In this document: positions 12,817 through 25,644 of the stretch, in pieces | Position numbering within the stretch: position 1 is the first letter of the stretch | Layout of the letters: the number at the start of each line of letters is the position of its first letter | Assembly: GCA_051942245.1 (NCBI GenBank) | Contig: JAVECL010000026.1 | Coordinates: 1-64,000 of the forward strand | Source: Trypethelium eluteriae | Lineage: Eukaryota | DNA length: 64,000 nt | Direction: 5' to 3' | Notes under the pieces: model-generated | Database searches by the model: none | What the model was told of the DNA's origin: nothing | Seen by the model: only the letters and a program-made list of their open reading frames with translations | Program-made: the position numbers and the translations under genes

Positions 12817-14310
12817 GAATAAAATACCCAATTATGATGAGTCTTCCATTACACCAACCATGCATGACTGCTCTTTCAGATGTAGCCTATCGCAGCCGTT
12901 GGGTTGTTCGGTCTGCCGTTCGAAGGTAACATTGAACCTGTAATTTTTGCTTTTCTGTTTAGCCTACAGATACAAATTGTCATGTGGTTGGCTGGAATGC
13001 ATTCTCCCCATCTCTCTTTATGGTACATTGCTAAAGCCCGTGGTGTATCGATCGACGCTGGACTTCAGGATCTTCCTTCCGCACCTATCTCATCAAGCCT
13101 CTCACGCATATTCAAACTTGCCCCAAGGCTTTTGACCTCTCGTTTTCTAGCTTCGCATAGTAATTATCGCGTTTGCGGACGGCTGGAACGTGGTAACCTA
13201 GGAAAGCAATGAGATATTTTTCTTGAAATAGGGCGGATGTGTCTCTCAAAATGGCGATAGCATTTAATCGGCCCTTTCGTTGGGAAGTGACCAAGAGGTT
13301 CATTCTACGTACCGTACCAGAAGAAGTAGGCAGAGGAGACACCGAGGCCTATGGCAGTCATTAGCTTCGACTGAATAGAATGCACTTTCTCGGAACATGC
13401 TATGATTTATGAGGATTGAACCTACCAAGGGCGACACTGAGGTCAAGGACAAGACCGCGTCGTAGCATCTGACGAAAATCGATTAGCGATGCCATTGACA
13501 CTTCCAAAGAAGCATATTCTGATCCTTACACCTGTGATAGGTTTCACAGCCATTTTTGCTGGGATGCGGAGGGCGAATTGAGTTTCGATTGTGTACGCTG
13601 TTACGAGCAAGTAGAAGAATTAACGTTGCTGTTGTAACGCTACTAATGGAGGTGACGGTGCTACGGGATGTTTCGCTCGCTTACTTAATCTGCAAGCACC
13701 AGCTCTATACTTGAACCTATCGGGTTACCGAATCACATACCCCATCGCGTGGTCTTCCCTACTTATTAACCGCTACATTTGGGCTGACAGCACCGCTCAC
13801 GAAGCCATAACCTTGGAGATGGCGCCGAGACTCTCATCGTTGGATTCGACCAAGACCAACCATGCGGCCAGACCTTCAGCAGAGTAGCTCACTTCAGTAC
13901 TTCGATCCCAATAACGTATCCGCGCTGTCGACAATAAAGAAATGGTTTCAATCCTTCATTGCCAGCTATCATTAGCTACCGCCAAAGGGCTGGAGACCAT
14001 AAGGGAACAAAGGATCCGATGACGTTTGGACATCTGTGGAACAATGTAACAAAGACCGGACAGAGAGACTAAGGATAATGGTATTCGGAATAATCTGTCA
14101 TTCTTTAAATATATGGTCCCTCGTAGTTCCGCAGCTCCATAGAAAATACAGACAAAAAAAATATCATCGTCCCTGTCCCTCGTGGTTTGCAGGCAAATCA
14201 CCTCTTTACACAAGAGTCGCCATCATCTCTCTAATTTATCTGCAAATCATTTTCAGGGTTAATTCATATTTTCGTCAAATATATCCAATTTCCTCATTAC
14301 ATCTAACAGC

Positions 14311-15696
14311 ATGGCACGTGTCAGGAATAATCGCAATCAAAACCATCGAAACAACCAAAACCACCCGAACAATCAGCATGGCCAGAATCGTCAAAGTAAC
14401 AATAATAACCGCAATGAGAACAACAATTTCAGCAACAACCGCAGAAATAGCAACTACAGCAACAACAATTCTGGCAACAACAACCAAAATGACTCTCGAA
14501 ACGGGCGTAATGGCCGACACGACAACGGATTCCAGGGAACATGCAATAATTGTGGAAGACTAGGCCACAGAGCAGTCGATTGCAATAGCCGGGGTAAGAG
14601 TAACAATAGGCATGATGTTGCCGGCCACAGGATCATCAGTAACGGGGGCGTATTCAAAACTAACCTCCGAGATTTACGGGATAGGGCCCCAAGGTCATCG
14701 AAGTATTGTTTTTACTGCAAAAAGGACGGCCATGTTACTGAACGCTGCAAGTATCCCCCTAAAATATGCTTGAACTGCCTCAAGAAAGGTCACTTGCAAG
14801 AGCAATGCAATGACAAGAATCCGAATTTACCCATCGAAACTGACGCAAGGGACTTTTGTGTCTGGTGCAACTCAGCCTGGCACAGCGGAAATGCCTGCCT
14901 CGAGAAGCAAATCGCAGCGCAACAGTCCGGCCGACGATCTTCCGAATCCTCAATGTCCGACGCTCACAGCGGCCACACGCACGAGGTCATCCAATCCCAA
15001 CCCAGCAGCTCCTTCTCCGCCGCCGCTGCAGCCCCCTCCCACCCAAGCAACCCTCTCTCCAGCATCACGGCGCAAGCCTGGGCGCCGCCCGTCTTCGGCG
15101 CCAACAAAGCGCAGCACGAGCTCCAGCGCCACACCTGCGAGTCCTGCGCCTCCAGCACGCACCGCACGACGGAATGCGCCGCCATCCAGCCCTGCACCTC
15201 CTGCTACTCGCCCTTCCACTCCCGTGCCGCCTGCCTCGACGTTCAGGCCGCCCAGCCCGTCCTCAAACCCGCCGTCACCCTCTGGCAGCAGCGGCCCGAG
15301 CATGCCGCCGACCCCCGCTACTGCGTCTACTGCAACGCCACCGGCCACACCACCGAGGCCTGCGGCAACGAGCTGGCGCAGGCGGCGCATTTGGGCTCGG
15401 CGCTGCGCTGTGGCCAGTGTGGGAAGCGAGGGCATACGGATGAGAGCTGCTTGAATCCGACGGCGCAGTGGGGTGGGCCGCCGACGTTGCAGAATCTGAG
15501 GGAGCAGGATTGGAGTGTGGCGTGGATTAACGGGTGGAGACCGGCGTGTAGTAAGTGTGAGTTTGCGATGGATGTGTATGATGTGTGGAATGGAGATGCG
15601 GATGTCGCGATGGGGGGATGTGTGTCTGGGAGGCTGTTTATCCCGGCGCATGTCTGCAAGGAGAGCGTGGTTTGGTGGGTTAAGATGGAATACTAG
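14311..15696 (+). CDS. Intronless multi-CCHC zinc-knuckle nucleic-acid-binding protein with an Asn/Gln/Arg-rich N-terminus
   Basis: 461-aa ORF with eight CX2CX4HX4C motifs (e.g. CNNCGRLGHRAVDC, CFYCKKDGHVTERC, CLNCLKKGHLQEQC, CGQCGKRGHTDESC). The first ~75 aa are dominated by N, Q and R. Confidence 0.85.
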   Translation: MARVRNNRNQNHRNNQNHPNNQHGQNRQSNNNNRNENNNFSNNRRNSNYSNNNSGNNNQNDSRNGRNGRHDNGFQGTCNNCGRLGHRAVDCNSRGKSNNRHDVAGHRIISNGGVFKTNLRDLRDRAPRSSKYCFYCKKDGHVTERCKYPPKICLNCLKKGHLQEQCNDKNPNLPIETDARDFCVWCNSAWHSGNACLEKQIAAQQSGRRSSESSMSDAHSGHTHEVIQSQPSSSFSAAAAAPSHPSNPLSSITAQAWAPPVFGANKAQHELQRHTCESCASSTHRTTECAAIQPCTSCYSPFHSRAACLDVQAAQPVLKPAVTLWQQRPEHAADPRYCVYCNATGHTTEACGNELAQAAHLGSALRCGQCGKRGHTDESCLNPTAQWGGPPTLQNLREQDWSVAWINGWRPACSKCEFAMDVYDVWNGDADVAMGGCVSGRLFIPAHVCKESVVWWVKMEY

Positions 15697-16094
15697 GTAA
15701 GTCTTAAGCAGAGACGCATGCCGGACGTGGGTCTGTTTCTTTTCTTTTGCCCTCTTTGTTTGGTATTTGTTTGACCGCATTTATTTAAATACTATTTGAA
15801 TGGGGTTATTGACCGAAAAAAGGATTGAAAATCATCTTCCCTAAAAATTCAATATTATCGATGGCTTTTTCATTTCAACTTGCGTTTCGTGAAATAACCT
15901 ACAGGTACATAATTTTTATTGAATCGCTAATCCAGTAGAATCTCCAAACCAACGCACGCGTACATTGTCAACAGCTTCGGGCAGGAGAGCCCCTCCATGA
16001 AGTATCATAATCAGAGCTCGCTCGCCTTCACGGACGACTAATAAACTTAATACACAACAACCGACGACATGATGTCTGCAAGTGCTTGGATTCT

Positions 16095-17933
16095 TCACAG
16101 CTTGGACTGGCGCTGCAGATATTGCCTAAGCCCCATTGCCACTGCGAATTAGATAAGTTAGCCTCTCATCTTAAATTAGCGCCCCCATAGACTAGTAGTC
16201 TCAACTCACAGATGGCAACAAGGATATACCTCTTGACCGCACCACTTGTGCTTCCAGTTCCCAACGTCAGTAACCAGCTCAGTAGTGAATACCTCACGCG
16301 ACCTTCGCGATCAAAGTTCGGCTTGAGATCGTTCATGCGTTTGAACTGTTTGATCTTACCGGCGTACGGCGGATAACGGATTTTCAGCAGACCCTCCATC
16401 CAGCCTGGAGTAGTGGTGTAAGAGCGACGGTGGGTGAAGGAGTCGAAAGACGCTTTGCCGCGATAGGCGCCGGAGCCGGAGGAACCAACACCACCAAAGG
16501 CCAGGGTTGGAATCGAGGCATGGAAGAAACCGCTATAATGAAGTCAACCATTTGCATTTTCTAGCTCGGTAGGAATGCGATTCACGGGCATACTCATTAA
16601 TGGAAGCACCACCAGAGCGGGTCTCGTTCAACACCTTCATCGCCTCTTGCTTTGTTCCGAAAGGATAGATACCCAAGGGTGTATCATGCACCTCGTTCGC
16701 CATCTTGATAGCTTCGTCCAGATCATTTACAGGGTAGATTGGAATTAAGGGTCCGAAGCTCTCATCTACCATGAGCGAGTCTGTTGGGTCATCGACTTGC
16801 ACTACGGTAGGCTCTAGGAATTTTTCCTTCTCGTCCATCGTCCCTCCAAGCAAAATCTTGCCACTGCTCTGATCTAGCATCTTCTTCAGACGTTGCCACT
16901 GACGTTCGTTTACAATGCGTCCGTAATCGGGGGAATTTTTCACACCCTGGGGAAAGAACTCTTGCTGTGCCTTTTTCAGTTCCTCAAGAAAAGCCGGGAG
17001 AATCTCTCGATCCACTAGGATATAGTTCTGCGAGACGCAGACCTGTCCAGCGTTGAGTAGCTTCGCCCATAACAACCGCCTTGCCGCAAGTCTTGGATCT
17101 GCGTGCTTGGTGATAATGGCTGGATTCCTACCACCGAGCTCCAGGGTGACAGGCGTCAATGTCTCTGCAGCTTTCTTCGCAATGATAGTGCCTACGCCAG
17201 CGCTACCAGTGTAAAAGATTTTATCCCATTTCTGGTCTAGTAGAGCAGTTGATTCGGGAATACCGCCCTGGACGACCGTGTACGCAGACGGGTCGAGATA
17301 GTCCTTAATTATCATCTCCATGACCGCGGCAGCTGCAGGAGCATTTTCACTAGGCTTGAGCACAGCTGTGCAGCCTGCAGCGATGGCACCAATGAACGGA
17401 CCAAGAGATAGTTGGATGGGGAAATTGTAGGCGCTTATCATTCAATGAGTGTCATTGTCAAAAGAATCACCGAGAGTCGCAACAGGGCAAGTTCTTACTT
17501 ACCCAATGATCAGAACAGTACCCATAGGATCTTTCTTGATCTTGGGGGCAACAGGTCGATTCGTCAGCGAAATGTCCGGTGCGCTTTCGTCTTTGACCCA
17601 TTTCGGAAGGTTTTTGCACATGAAAATGATGTCGTTTTCGCACCAGCCGATCTCGGTCAGATAGGTTTCGAAGTGCGACTTGCCAAGGTCACGCTTGCAA
17701 GCTTCGACGACGGCGGCTTCATTGTCTTTAAGACTGTGCAAATGTCTTTAGAGGTGTGACTACTTTTATCAGGAATGGGGAAAACTAGCTTACCCCCAGT
17801 AGAGTTTGCGAAGCTGCGTAAGTCGGTACTCTACTGATCGTGTTTTGTGAGAATGAAATGTTGAACGGATACGGTTCACTACTTCTGGAATGTCCTCGGC
17901 TGGGGTGAACTGGAGGTCTGGGACCTTTTCCAT
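16095..17933 (-). CDS. ALDH3-type fatty/apocarotenoid aldehyde dehydrogenase (Hfd1/YLO-1/CarD-like) with C-terminal membrane anchor
   Basis: AYNFP, KPSE, FYTGS, TLELGG, NAGQVCV (catalytic Cys) and ESFGP motifs; four introns; ends AMGLRQYLQRQSKL*. Confidence 0.92.
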
Positions 17934-18621
17934 GATGCGTAACTGAACGGTTACTAATTCACCTCATACAGAGCAGATAAAGTGGATAAAGCATCGGCTG
18001 TTGTTGAAGTATTCTCCGCAGTTTGGGCGAAGTTTGATATTATCTCATCGAACCACTAGCCGCGGTTTCACGAGATGGTACAAAAAGCAAGTAGCCACAC
18101 TGGCTGCACGCAAGATGCAACGGGTGAACGGGCCGAGGCCTATTGAATAAGGATGTGGCCGAAATTGATATTATTTCCAAGGGGTCGAGCTAAGACAGAC
18201 CTTCGCATTGATTGATCCCTGAATGACGTGTGACGTACTACATAGGTATTCTATCGGCCACGCTCGCGATACTTCGTCTTACATCGCTTTACAGCGCCGC
18301 ATCAAAGTCCACGACATACTGCACCAAGCGTTCAACAGGTCTGACGAAGGATCGAGCATTTTCTAAGACTGGGCTATTTTGTCTGCTATCCTACAGATGC
18401 CTCATCCATCCTAATTTGGTCACGTCCAAGTGAACAGATCGAATCCGTAACGGCTGCAGTACTCTCTCTGGTTTTCCAGGACCCTTGTTCGAAGCTTGTG
18501 AGATTGTCCAAGAAATTGAGTATTGGTAGAACCCGACCAACCCGTTCCCTTGTCAAATCTCCCGCCTTGAATCTCCGCCGAAGAAGTTAAACAACATAGG
18601 TCCAAATGCAGGATATTATCT

Positions 18622-20412
18622 TTAAGCAGGCCCGGTCGTGTCTGCGCCTGGCTTGAGATTCTTCCACGGCGCGAAGGCCGAGACTATGACACAGATGCCA
18701 GCCAGCGCAATAACAAGTGCGTACGTCACCTTCAGACCATGCATATACGCAATCAGCACCGGACCTATCTGATCGGCGGAAAAGACCTGGCGAAGCTGCG
18801 TTGCTCCGGTGGAGACGACAAGAGATGGGTTGATGTCAGGTGCTATATCTCTAATCTTGACAATGATTTGGTTGGTGAATGCAGATTCTGCGCATGTAAG
18901 GAATATCGCTCCACCGAGTGTCTGGAAGAACAAAGCCATGGATGAGGCCACAGAGACATCAGCCATCTCGACCGAACCTTGTGCAACCGCAATCGGTGTA
19001 TTGGTGCCAAGTCCAATGCCAATTCCGGATAACACCTGGTATCCGATCCATTTATTCGATCCAGAGCCAATGTCGAGGGTATAGAGAAGGCCAGCGCCGA
19101 CAATGCTGAACACGGCTCCAAGAATAAGGAATGGCACGTAGTGGCCTGTTGCTGTAATGAGACCGCCTGAGACAACCGCAAAGATACTGGTCCCAAGAAC
19201 AAGCGGAAGATTGCGAACCCCCGATTGAGATGCAGAGACGTTGTCCACAGATTGGAAATATATCGGAAGATAATACAAGAGAGTGAAGAAGCCGCCACAA
19301 AAGAAAAAAGTGTACGTGAAGGCAATCGCAAGCTGCCGTCTTTTGAGAAGTCGTGGGAGAAGCAGAGCGTATTCGCCAGAGACGTATTCGTTCACTGCAA
19401 AAGCAATCGCGATAAGAACGAAGCCAATAATAGTGCCAATCACATCTGCGGAGCTCCATGCCTTTGTGACGCCGCCCCACTGGAGGGCAAGGGCCAAGCA
19501 AACCACAGCCGCCATTATGAGGAATGTTCCACTCGGATCCATATGGAGGAACTTCTCCCTACCAGTCGCCGGAGCTGGTTTCGCAGAAGGAGGTGGTTTG
19601 AAGAGGAGAAGAACGATAGCACCTGCAAGGCCTCCAATTGGAAGATTAATATAGAAACACCAACGCCAGGAAACGTTCTGCGTGAAGGCTCCACCAATGA
19701 GTGGCCCAATGACTGCCGCAATTCCGTAAGTTCCTCCCAGAATGCCTATGAAAGCTGGTCGCCTCGAAGGAGGAGCCACGAAAGCCATCAGAGTGTAAGT
19801 TCCAGATGCAATTCCTGCACCACCTACGCCAGCAACCGCACGACCACCAATCAGTGTCTTTGACGATTTTGCAACGGCGCAAATCAGGGAACCAAGCTCG
19901 AAGATAAATATCATAACTAGGAAGACCCATTTGACTGGAAAATACTTATACGCTTTGCCAGCAGTGCTCTGAAAGCTAAAACGAATCTGTGAGCAGGAGA
20001 TCGAGTTCGATGGGTATCTTTGGATTTACCTTGCTAAAGTAAGGAAAAATGCGGTGCCATACCATCCAACATCGTCGAGCGAGTGGAATTCGTCGGTGAT
20101 CTGAGGAATTGCAGTCCCAATGATGGTCATGTCAAGGGAGACTAGAAAGATTGACAAAGCCAGAGCAACAAGGATTATGGTAAGTCTGCCAGCTTTAGGG
20201 TATTCTTCTTCTTCAGGAGCATTTGATGTATCTGGGAATTTCTCGTTCTCGCCAATGGCATGGCCATCGGCAGCAAGAGCATCGACATCTTCATCAGCCT
20301 GCTTTGTCGAAGGGTAATCGCTTAGACCTTTTTCTCGAGAGGTCTCGGTCGTGCCTGGGATCCCATTGAACTGCTGATTCACAGTAGAATCTTCAGAGCT
20401 GTCTGATGCCAT
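18622..20412 (-). CDS. 14-TM MFS drug/toxin efflux pump (DHA2, GliA/AflT-like)
   Basis: [58 protein letters not shown] and YYLPIYFQ motifs; one intron at about 19975-20029. Confidence 0.95.
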
Positions 20413-20622
20413 GTTCCGAAGTACTGTGAGAAGTCTCGGGGCGAAGAGCGGGCAACACTCAACGAATCTTTGAATCGAACCTCCTGCGTCTGGACCAACC
20501 AAATGGGGCAAGAGCTAAGTTTTGGCTGTGAATTCGGTGTGGGATCCAGCCAAGAAAGATCAAGCCAAAGGATGTGAGGACGGGAACTATATTGGCCAGG
20601 GAGAGATCGCTCGCCATGGACG

Positions 20623-20698
20623 TCCGGATGAAGTTCGCACGAATCCGGACGGAGCTGGACGAACCCGGATGAAATCGGAGAGAGTAGCCCGGACAGAG
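20623..20698. promoter_or_regulatory. Array of four CCGGA(C/T)RRAR motifs upstream of the MFS gene (candidate Zn2Cys6 sites)
   Basis: ccggatgaag, ccggacggag, ccggatgaaa and ccggacagag start at about 20624, 20645, 20665 and 20689, roughly 210-290 bp upstream of the ATG. Confidence 0.5.
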
Positions 20699-21596
20699 TT
20701 CCCATTGCCATGAGGCTTACAGCTAAATCATTCAGCGAGTTCCCCACATTTATTTAATAGGCGACCACTGTTGCTAGGGTTCCTTCCGTTAAGGCGTACA
20801 ACTAATTCAGGACCTTAGTCCCCGTTCACCACACTTGAAGCATGACCGTCACAGTATCGTCCCAAATTCCGGTCTCATAAGATTCTCCGCAGGCTCATGC
20901 AGAGTTTGTGGCGTGACTTCATGCTACTTTCCTTCGGACATTGCTGTCGGACAGTTCTCTTCCCCCATTCTCTCACCATTCTCCGAAAACGGCGGACGAA
21001 AACTCTACTCAAGATATCATTGGCCTCCGACGAGTTAGTAATTCAGCCAAATCGAAGGTCGATAAAGTGCTGCACACTGCCGAACATCACCTCGAAGGGT
21101 AGGTATCGGTGTATGTAGGCATTGCTTTGACGAGCCCAAATTTTTTATTGAATTTCCAAGATCCTAGCCAGTGGAGAGCATGTGAAAGACAAAATAGCCG
21201 GCATAGAACTCACAACAATGTACACAGAGTCTTGTTACGTCCCTTTGCTACTTCGCTTGGGTGATTTCCACGGACGGTTTCTCTGACCGTTTCCCCTGAA
21301 GGGATTTATAGATGAAACTTATTTCAGGAACTGGCCTGAAAGACAATGACGGACACTAAAGATCGCTTCTGACACGCAGTCCGACCTCCAGGCAATAAGG
21401 AATGAGTGCAAAAATTCTAGCTTTGCATAGACGTAACCAGAAATTTATGCTTAAGAAGAAGGTTGAAGGACTGAGGTTTCTCGACAAGTGAAGAGTCTGC
21501 TGGTCCCAATATAGTATCTCTAAAAGTGTTTATGGACACAACCATAGAAGGATATTGAATCTACAAGCAGCATGTACCGCCCTTGTCTATGGCTAA

Positions 21597-23170
21597 TCAC
21601 GACGCAATCGCTGCTGCTGCCCTTTGAGCCGGTAGGGTGATAGTACGAGACTTCCTCACTTGGTTATTACATCCATTCCAGTATCTCTCTGCTCGGTAAC
21701 TGTAGTCATTCACTTTTGGTTAGCCCTGATGTGAACACCAATTGCAGGCACTAAGGTAGGAAATGTTGTTCCACATATCTATGGGACGGAGAAACCTACC
21801 TCCAATTTAGGTTCGCAAGTGCCACATTCTGTACAGAAGTGATATACGTCTGCACCTGACTATCAATCTCCTCTCCCCATGTTGGGAGCTCTGTAAGTGT
21901 CTGATACCAGTCCCGGTAACGGCCCTTCAACAGTTCTCCAGCACAGTCAAAGGAAGATTGAAGGCTATATCCTTGGAGATGGTACAATGAGACGATATTG
22001 TGGCTTTCTCCGAGGGCCTGAGCAGATGGAGCCATTAATAAGGCTATTGTTTAGTGAGAAAGACAGTATCATACCTTTTCTTTGGCATAAGACACGATGT
22101 CATTTTGTCTAAGCTGTCAGTAGAGATTTGCAAGCATACTTTTAGAGGGGCCTTACATTAAGACCATATCTGTAGCAATTGTTTCAATTTTCTGGATGCT
22201 TGGATGCTTGATTACTTCGTCTGGTAGTTCGAGGCCGTACGCATATCTGGTTGTGGTCAGAAACATTGGCAGCTAAGTCAGGGAGATATAGCTACTCAAT
22301 CAATGCATATATAGGGGTTGTTGCGATGGAGTCTCGTCGCAAAGCCACAAGCCCTTCGATGGTTGACGTCAAGACAGCTGTTGACTGCAGATTCACTTGT
22401 TGCATGACTGCCTCGACATATGAGGTCATTGAGGCAGCAAATCGATTTTGTACGCCTGTGCTCGTCGTCAATTTGGAAAAATTTGCCAGGGATGAAGGTT
22501 TCACCTTTGGACGAGGTCTAAAGTTTCAATTAGCATTAAACAGAGATACAAATGAGCTATTACGGACCTGAGATAATCGTAACCAGATTGATTTGTACGC
22601 AATCAAAAGAGGATGCTCTGGCTCAAAATTTTCATTCCTCATAATGGAGACTAGCCCATCTATGAGCTTCCGTGCCTCTTCTGGGTTCTTTTGTAAATGG
22701 CCATTGTCAAAGGCTATCCTAGAAAGTCAGTTCAATGCCCATATGTTTGATCTCGCGGAGCCCGAGAGACTCGCCATCATCAAAAGGAAAAACCTAAATA
22801 TTGATGTCAGAGTAAGCTAGATCAAAGTCGATGACCGCCGTTGTCTCACCCAATTTCCCCAATCACATAGCGTACGAAAGGTCTCAGCACTTGCATCTGG
22901 CATTACCACGGCGCAGAAATAGGAAAAGTCTGTTCTGTGTATGATGCGAGAGACTCGACTATCGAAATCCCCATGCCTACTCAAATCAGGTCATCTTTCA
23001 GCAGGAAAGAGTGTAGACACGTACTTCAATAGCCATGCTTCAGACTCCTGCCGAACTTTTTCATAATGAGGATTCACGCGGGGAGGCTGAGCCAGAAAGA
23101 AAAGAAACATTTCAGGGAGAGTAACTTGCACCATCCCATTCTCTTTCAAAGTATGCTCTAGAGAGCCCAT
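21597..23170 (-). CDS. Class I terpene cyclase, probably a sesquiterpene synthase, 10 exons
   Basis: Spliced reading gives PRVNPHY, TDFSYFC, CDWGNW-VFPFDDAFDNG (DDxxD), RRDS, QNDIVSYAKE (NSE/DTE) and NLNWSYRAERY (WxxxxxRY). Includes 19-nt and 13-nt micro-exons. The ORF track captures only fragments. Confidence 0.92.
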
Positions 23171-25644
23171 GGTGATATGATGTGCTTCTGTAACTATGAT
23201 TCTCTTAATCTGTATACAGTGCGAGGAAAAGCTTGGGTTGCTATCCTTGGGCAACGAAGGCAATTTTGTGCAAGTCTTATCAGTGCAGGACTGTGCTACA
23301 AAGTGTGAAACATTCTTTATTCCTTCAGCCACATGTAGATAAGAATTTAGCAAAGGTGGGAGTTGGACGTCTGACTCGGTTCGGAGCGCATACCATCGCA
23401 CCGGGATTTTCCAAAAGCGTTTCAATACGCGATTAAAGAGGGATCGTCAGATTTGTCTTGCTTACTTTTCAGTGACTCAGAAAAAAATTACACGAGTCAG
23501 CGATTCGATTTTCATGGAGTTTGGTTGGTGCAATACTAGGTCGACTGCATACGATGTACGGTGGCGCAAACTCTGCAAGAATTCTGCCTTGTATGCATAG
23601 CTTGATACTCTAGAGACGGCATGATAGCAATGAGCGCTAAAGCCTTAGCCCAAATGCAACGAAAGACACACGTTCAAGTGAGCCGAACTGAACATCGGAA
23701 AAGCAATTTGATGGTCATGCAATCCGCCGGAATCCGTCATTGCCAGATTGGATTCCAGATGGAGGGAAGAACTGAGCACCGAAAGCTATCGTCAATCCCG
23801 TCACTGGGTTGCCGACTGATGGTTGCAAAACACTTTTGCAGATCTTTCTCCATTTTCCGGTCTGGTGCAGAGGATTGATAATGCTCCCAAGCGGCGAAGG
23901 AAGGAAGTAATTGCACCATTCATGGATCAACGTGCATCCGGTCTTGGTCTCGGCCCTGCTAGAAGACGCTGAAGGAAAAGAAAGAAAAGAGACCCCCACG
24001 ATGAACATCTGTGTCAGACGGTGAGATTTTACACGCATTACCCGGAGTAGAATATGACAATTCTGAGAATTTCCGCACTGAAAACGTGGAGAGCTGAAGT
24101 CTTGCTGTTGCCTACCTGTAAGCTCAAGGACCTCAAAAGTATAGAGAAAGGTATTTTGACAAAGAGGTAGATGATAGGGAACTTTACGGTAGTGGATACC
24201 TTTAGGCATCCAAGTCAGCATTGCCCAGGTGTTAGGCTTCACACGGTTCCTTCGGGATTCAATGAGGGGATTTCACGTGGAAACGGTGAGCGCGAATGAA
24301 ACAAATGATGTACGCCGGTGGTGGCTGCCTGTGTTGATCGCGACTTCTACACGGGCTTCGTGAGCTCTCGGAATCGGCGACCGATATAGTGGAAAAGTAC
24401 ATGTAGCAACATGTCCCAAGTAGGAGTTCTGGTGAAGTGTGGGATACTTGTTTTGATGTCAATTAGGGGCGCCGTGGCGCCTCCACCGGCATACGCCTCT
24501 ACGGGTCGGGTAGAGTACCCGATTTTGTCTTGACTATAAGCTCCACAAATATCGTCAAGTCGCGTTCTATTCCGCAAACGAAACATGAAGTTTGAACGAG
24601 GTAAGACCTTTGTGGAGATCGACGTTATGGATGCTGGGGTGAAGGTGTTAAGGTAAAGTCGGATATTTATCTCCGATCCGTACCGTAAAGCCAGCTAGTG
24701 CACGGAGTGCTTCCTCCAACGACACCATAATCTTGGTCATAAGATAGGGTCCACCTCCCAGCGACGCCAAGAGAGCGGTAATATTTCATTACTGTTACAA
24801 TACGATACTCGAACAGAGCGTGCGGAAGCCTCGTCACCCCCGCATAGAATCCTGCCAACGGTGCCACGCGGCGAGTTGCGCATGTGGAGTCCACGCGATG
24901 GCAAAGACCCCCAAGTCCCTGCATCCACGGATGAGACAGTCCCACTTCGAGGCTTAACTAGCGATCTAGCCTATGTCAGCTTGACTATCTGCAATAAGTC
25001 ACCGTTCAGCACTTGACTATGCCGGAAAGCATGCAACGTTGCGGACGTTGCCGTTATCTACCATTCCATTGCGAAGGCTCCGTGAACTAAAGCCGCGCTT
25101 GAAAGTTACCCAATCATCACGAATTGCTAACTGATCTGCTCTCACCTATACAGTCATGCGGTGAGATCGTCGCATTTCTACAAGTATTTCTTTTTTGTCA
25201 ACCCTGTCTCTCCGGTGGCTACCCAAGCCACTCATAGCAGAAACTGTAAATTGCTCAAGATCAAGATTGTCAATCTTCGCACGGGGTGAGATTTAATGTT
25301 GGAGGTTTGAACACTCTATATGCTACTCTTCGAGTTCTTTTACTATTTTTCTCCCCTGGGAATTGTTACATGAAGCCCTACTCTGTAAGTATGTAAGGAT
25401 CAATCTCTTGGTGGTCTATGCAGATTACAGTGCTAAGAGATGTTCTTGCAAGGGCCCTTGCCGCTAATTAGTAGAGAAGATAGGTTCAACATATAAGTTA
25501 ATGGCGGAACATACTTTCGCCTACAGAAAGGCCGCCATTTCAGAGGGACTAAAAAGGGCCATAGGCGTTGTTTACCTTGCCTATTCGTCCTTGTTATTGT
25601 ACAAGAACATAATTGCCGATCAATTCCTCCGACAGAGTTTCAGA

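Noticed and set aside
14311..15696. Zinc-knuckle ORF as gag of an intact retrotransposon
   Set aside because: No protease, RT or integrase ORF, and no LTRs or target-site duplication seen nearby.
14810..15780. Overlapping 195-276 aa ORFs in alternative frames
   Set aside because: Low-complexity products of a locally GC-rich, stop-poor region.
23171..25644. Short ORFs in the cyclase/P450 spacer as a hidden transcription factor or tailoring gene
   Set aside because: No Zn2Cys6, bZIP or enzyme motifs and no coherent exon chain. A highly decayed relic cannot be excluded without tBLASTn.
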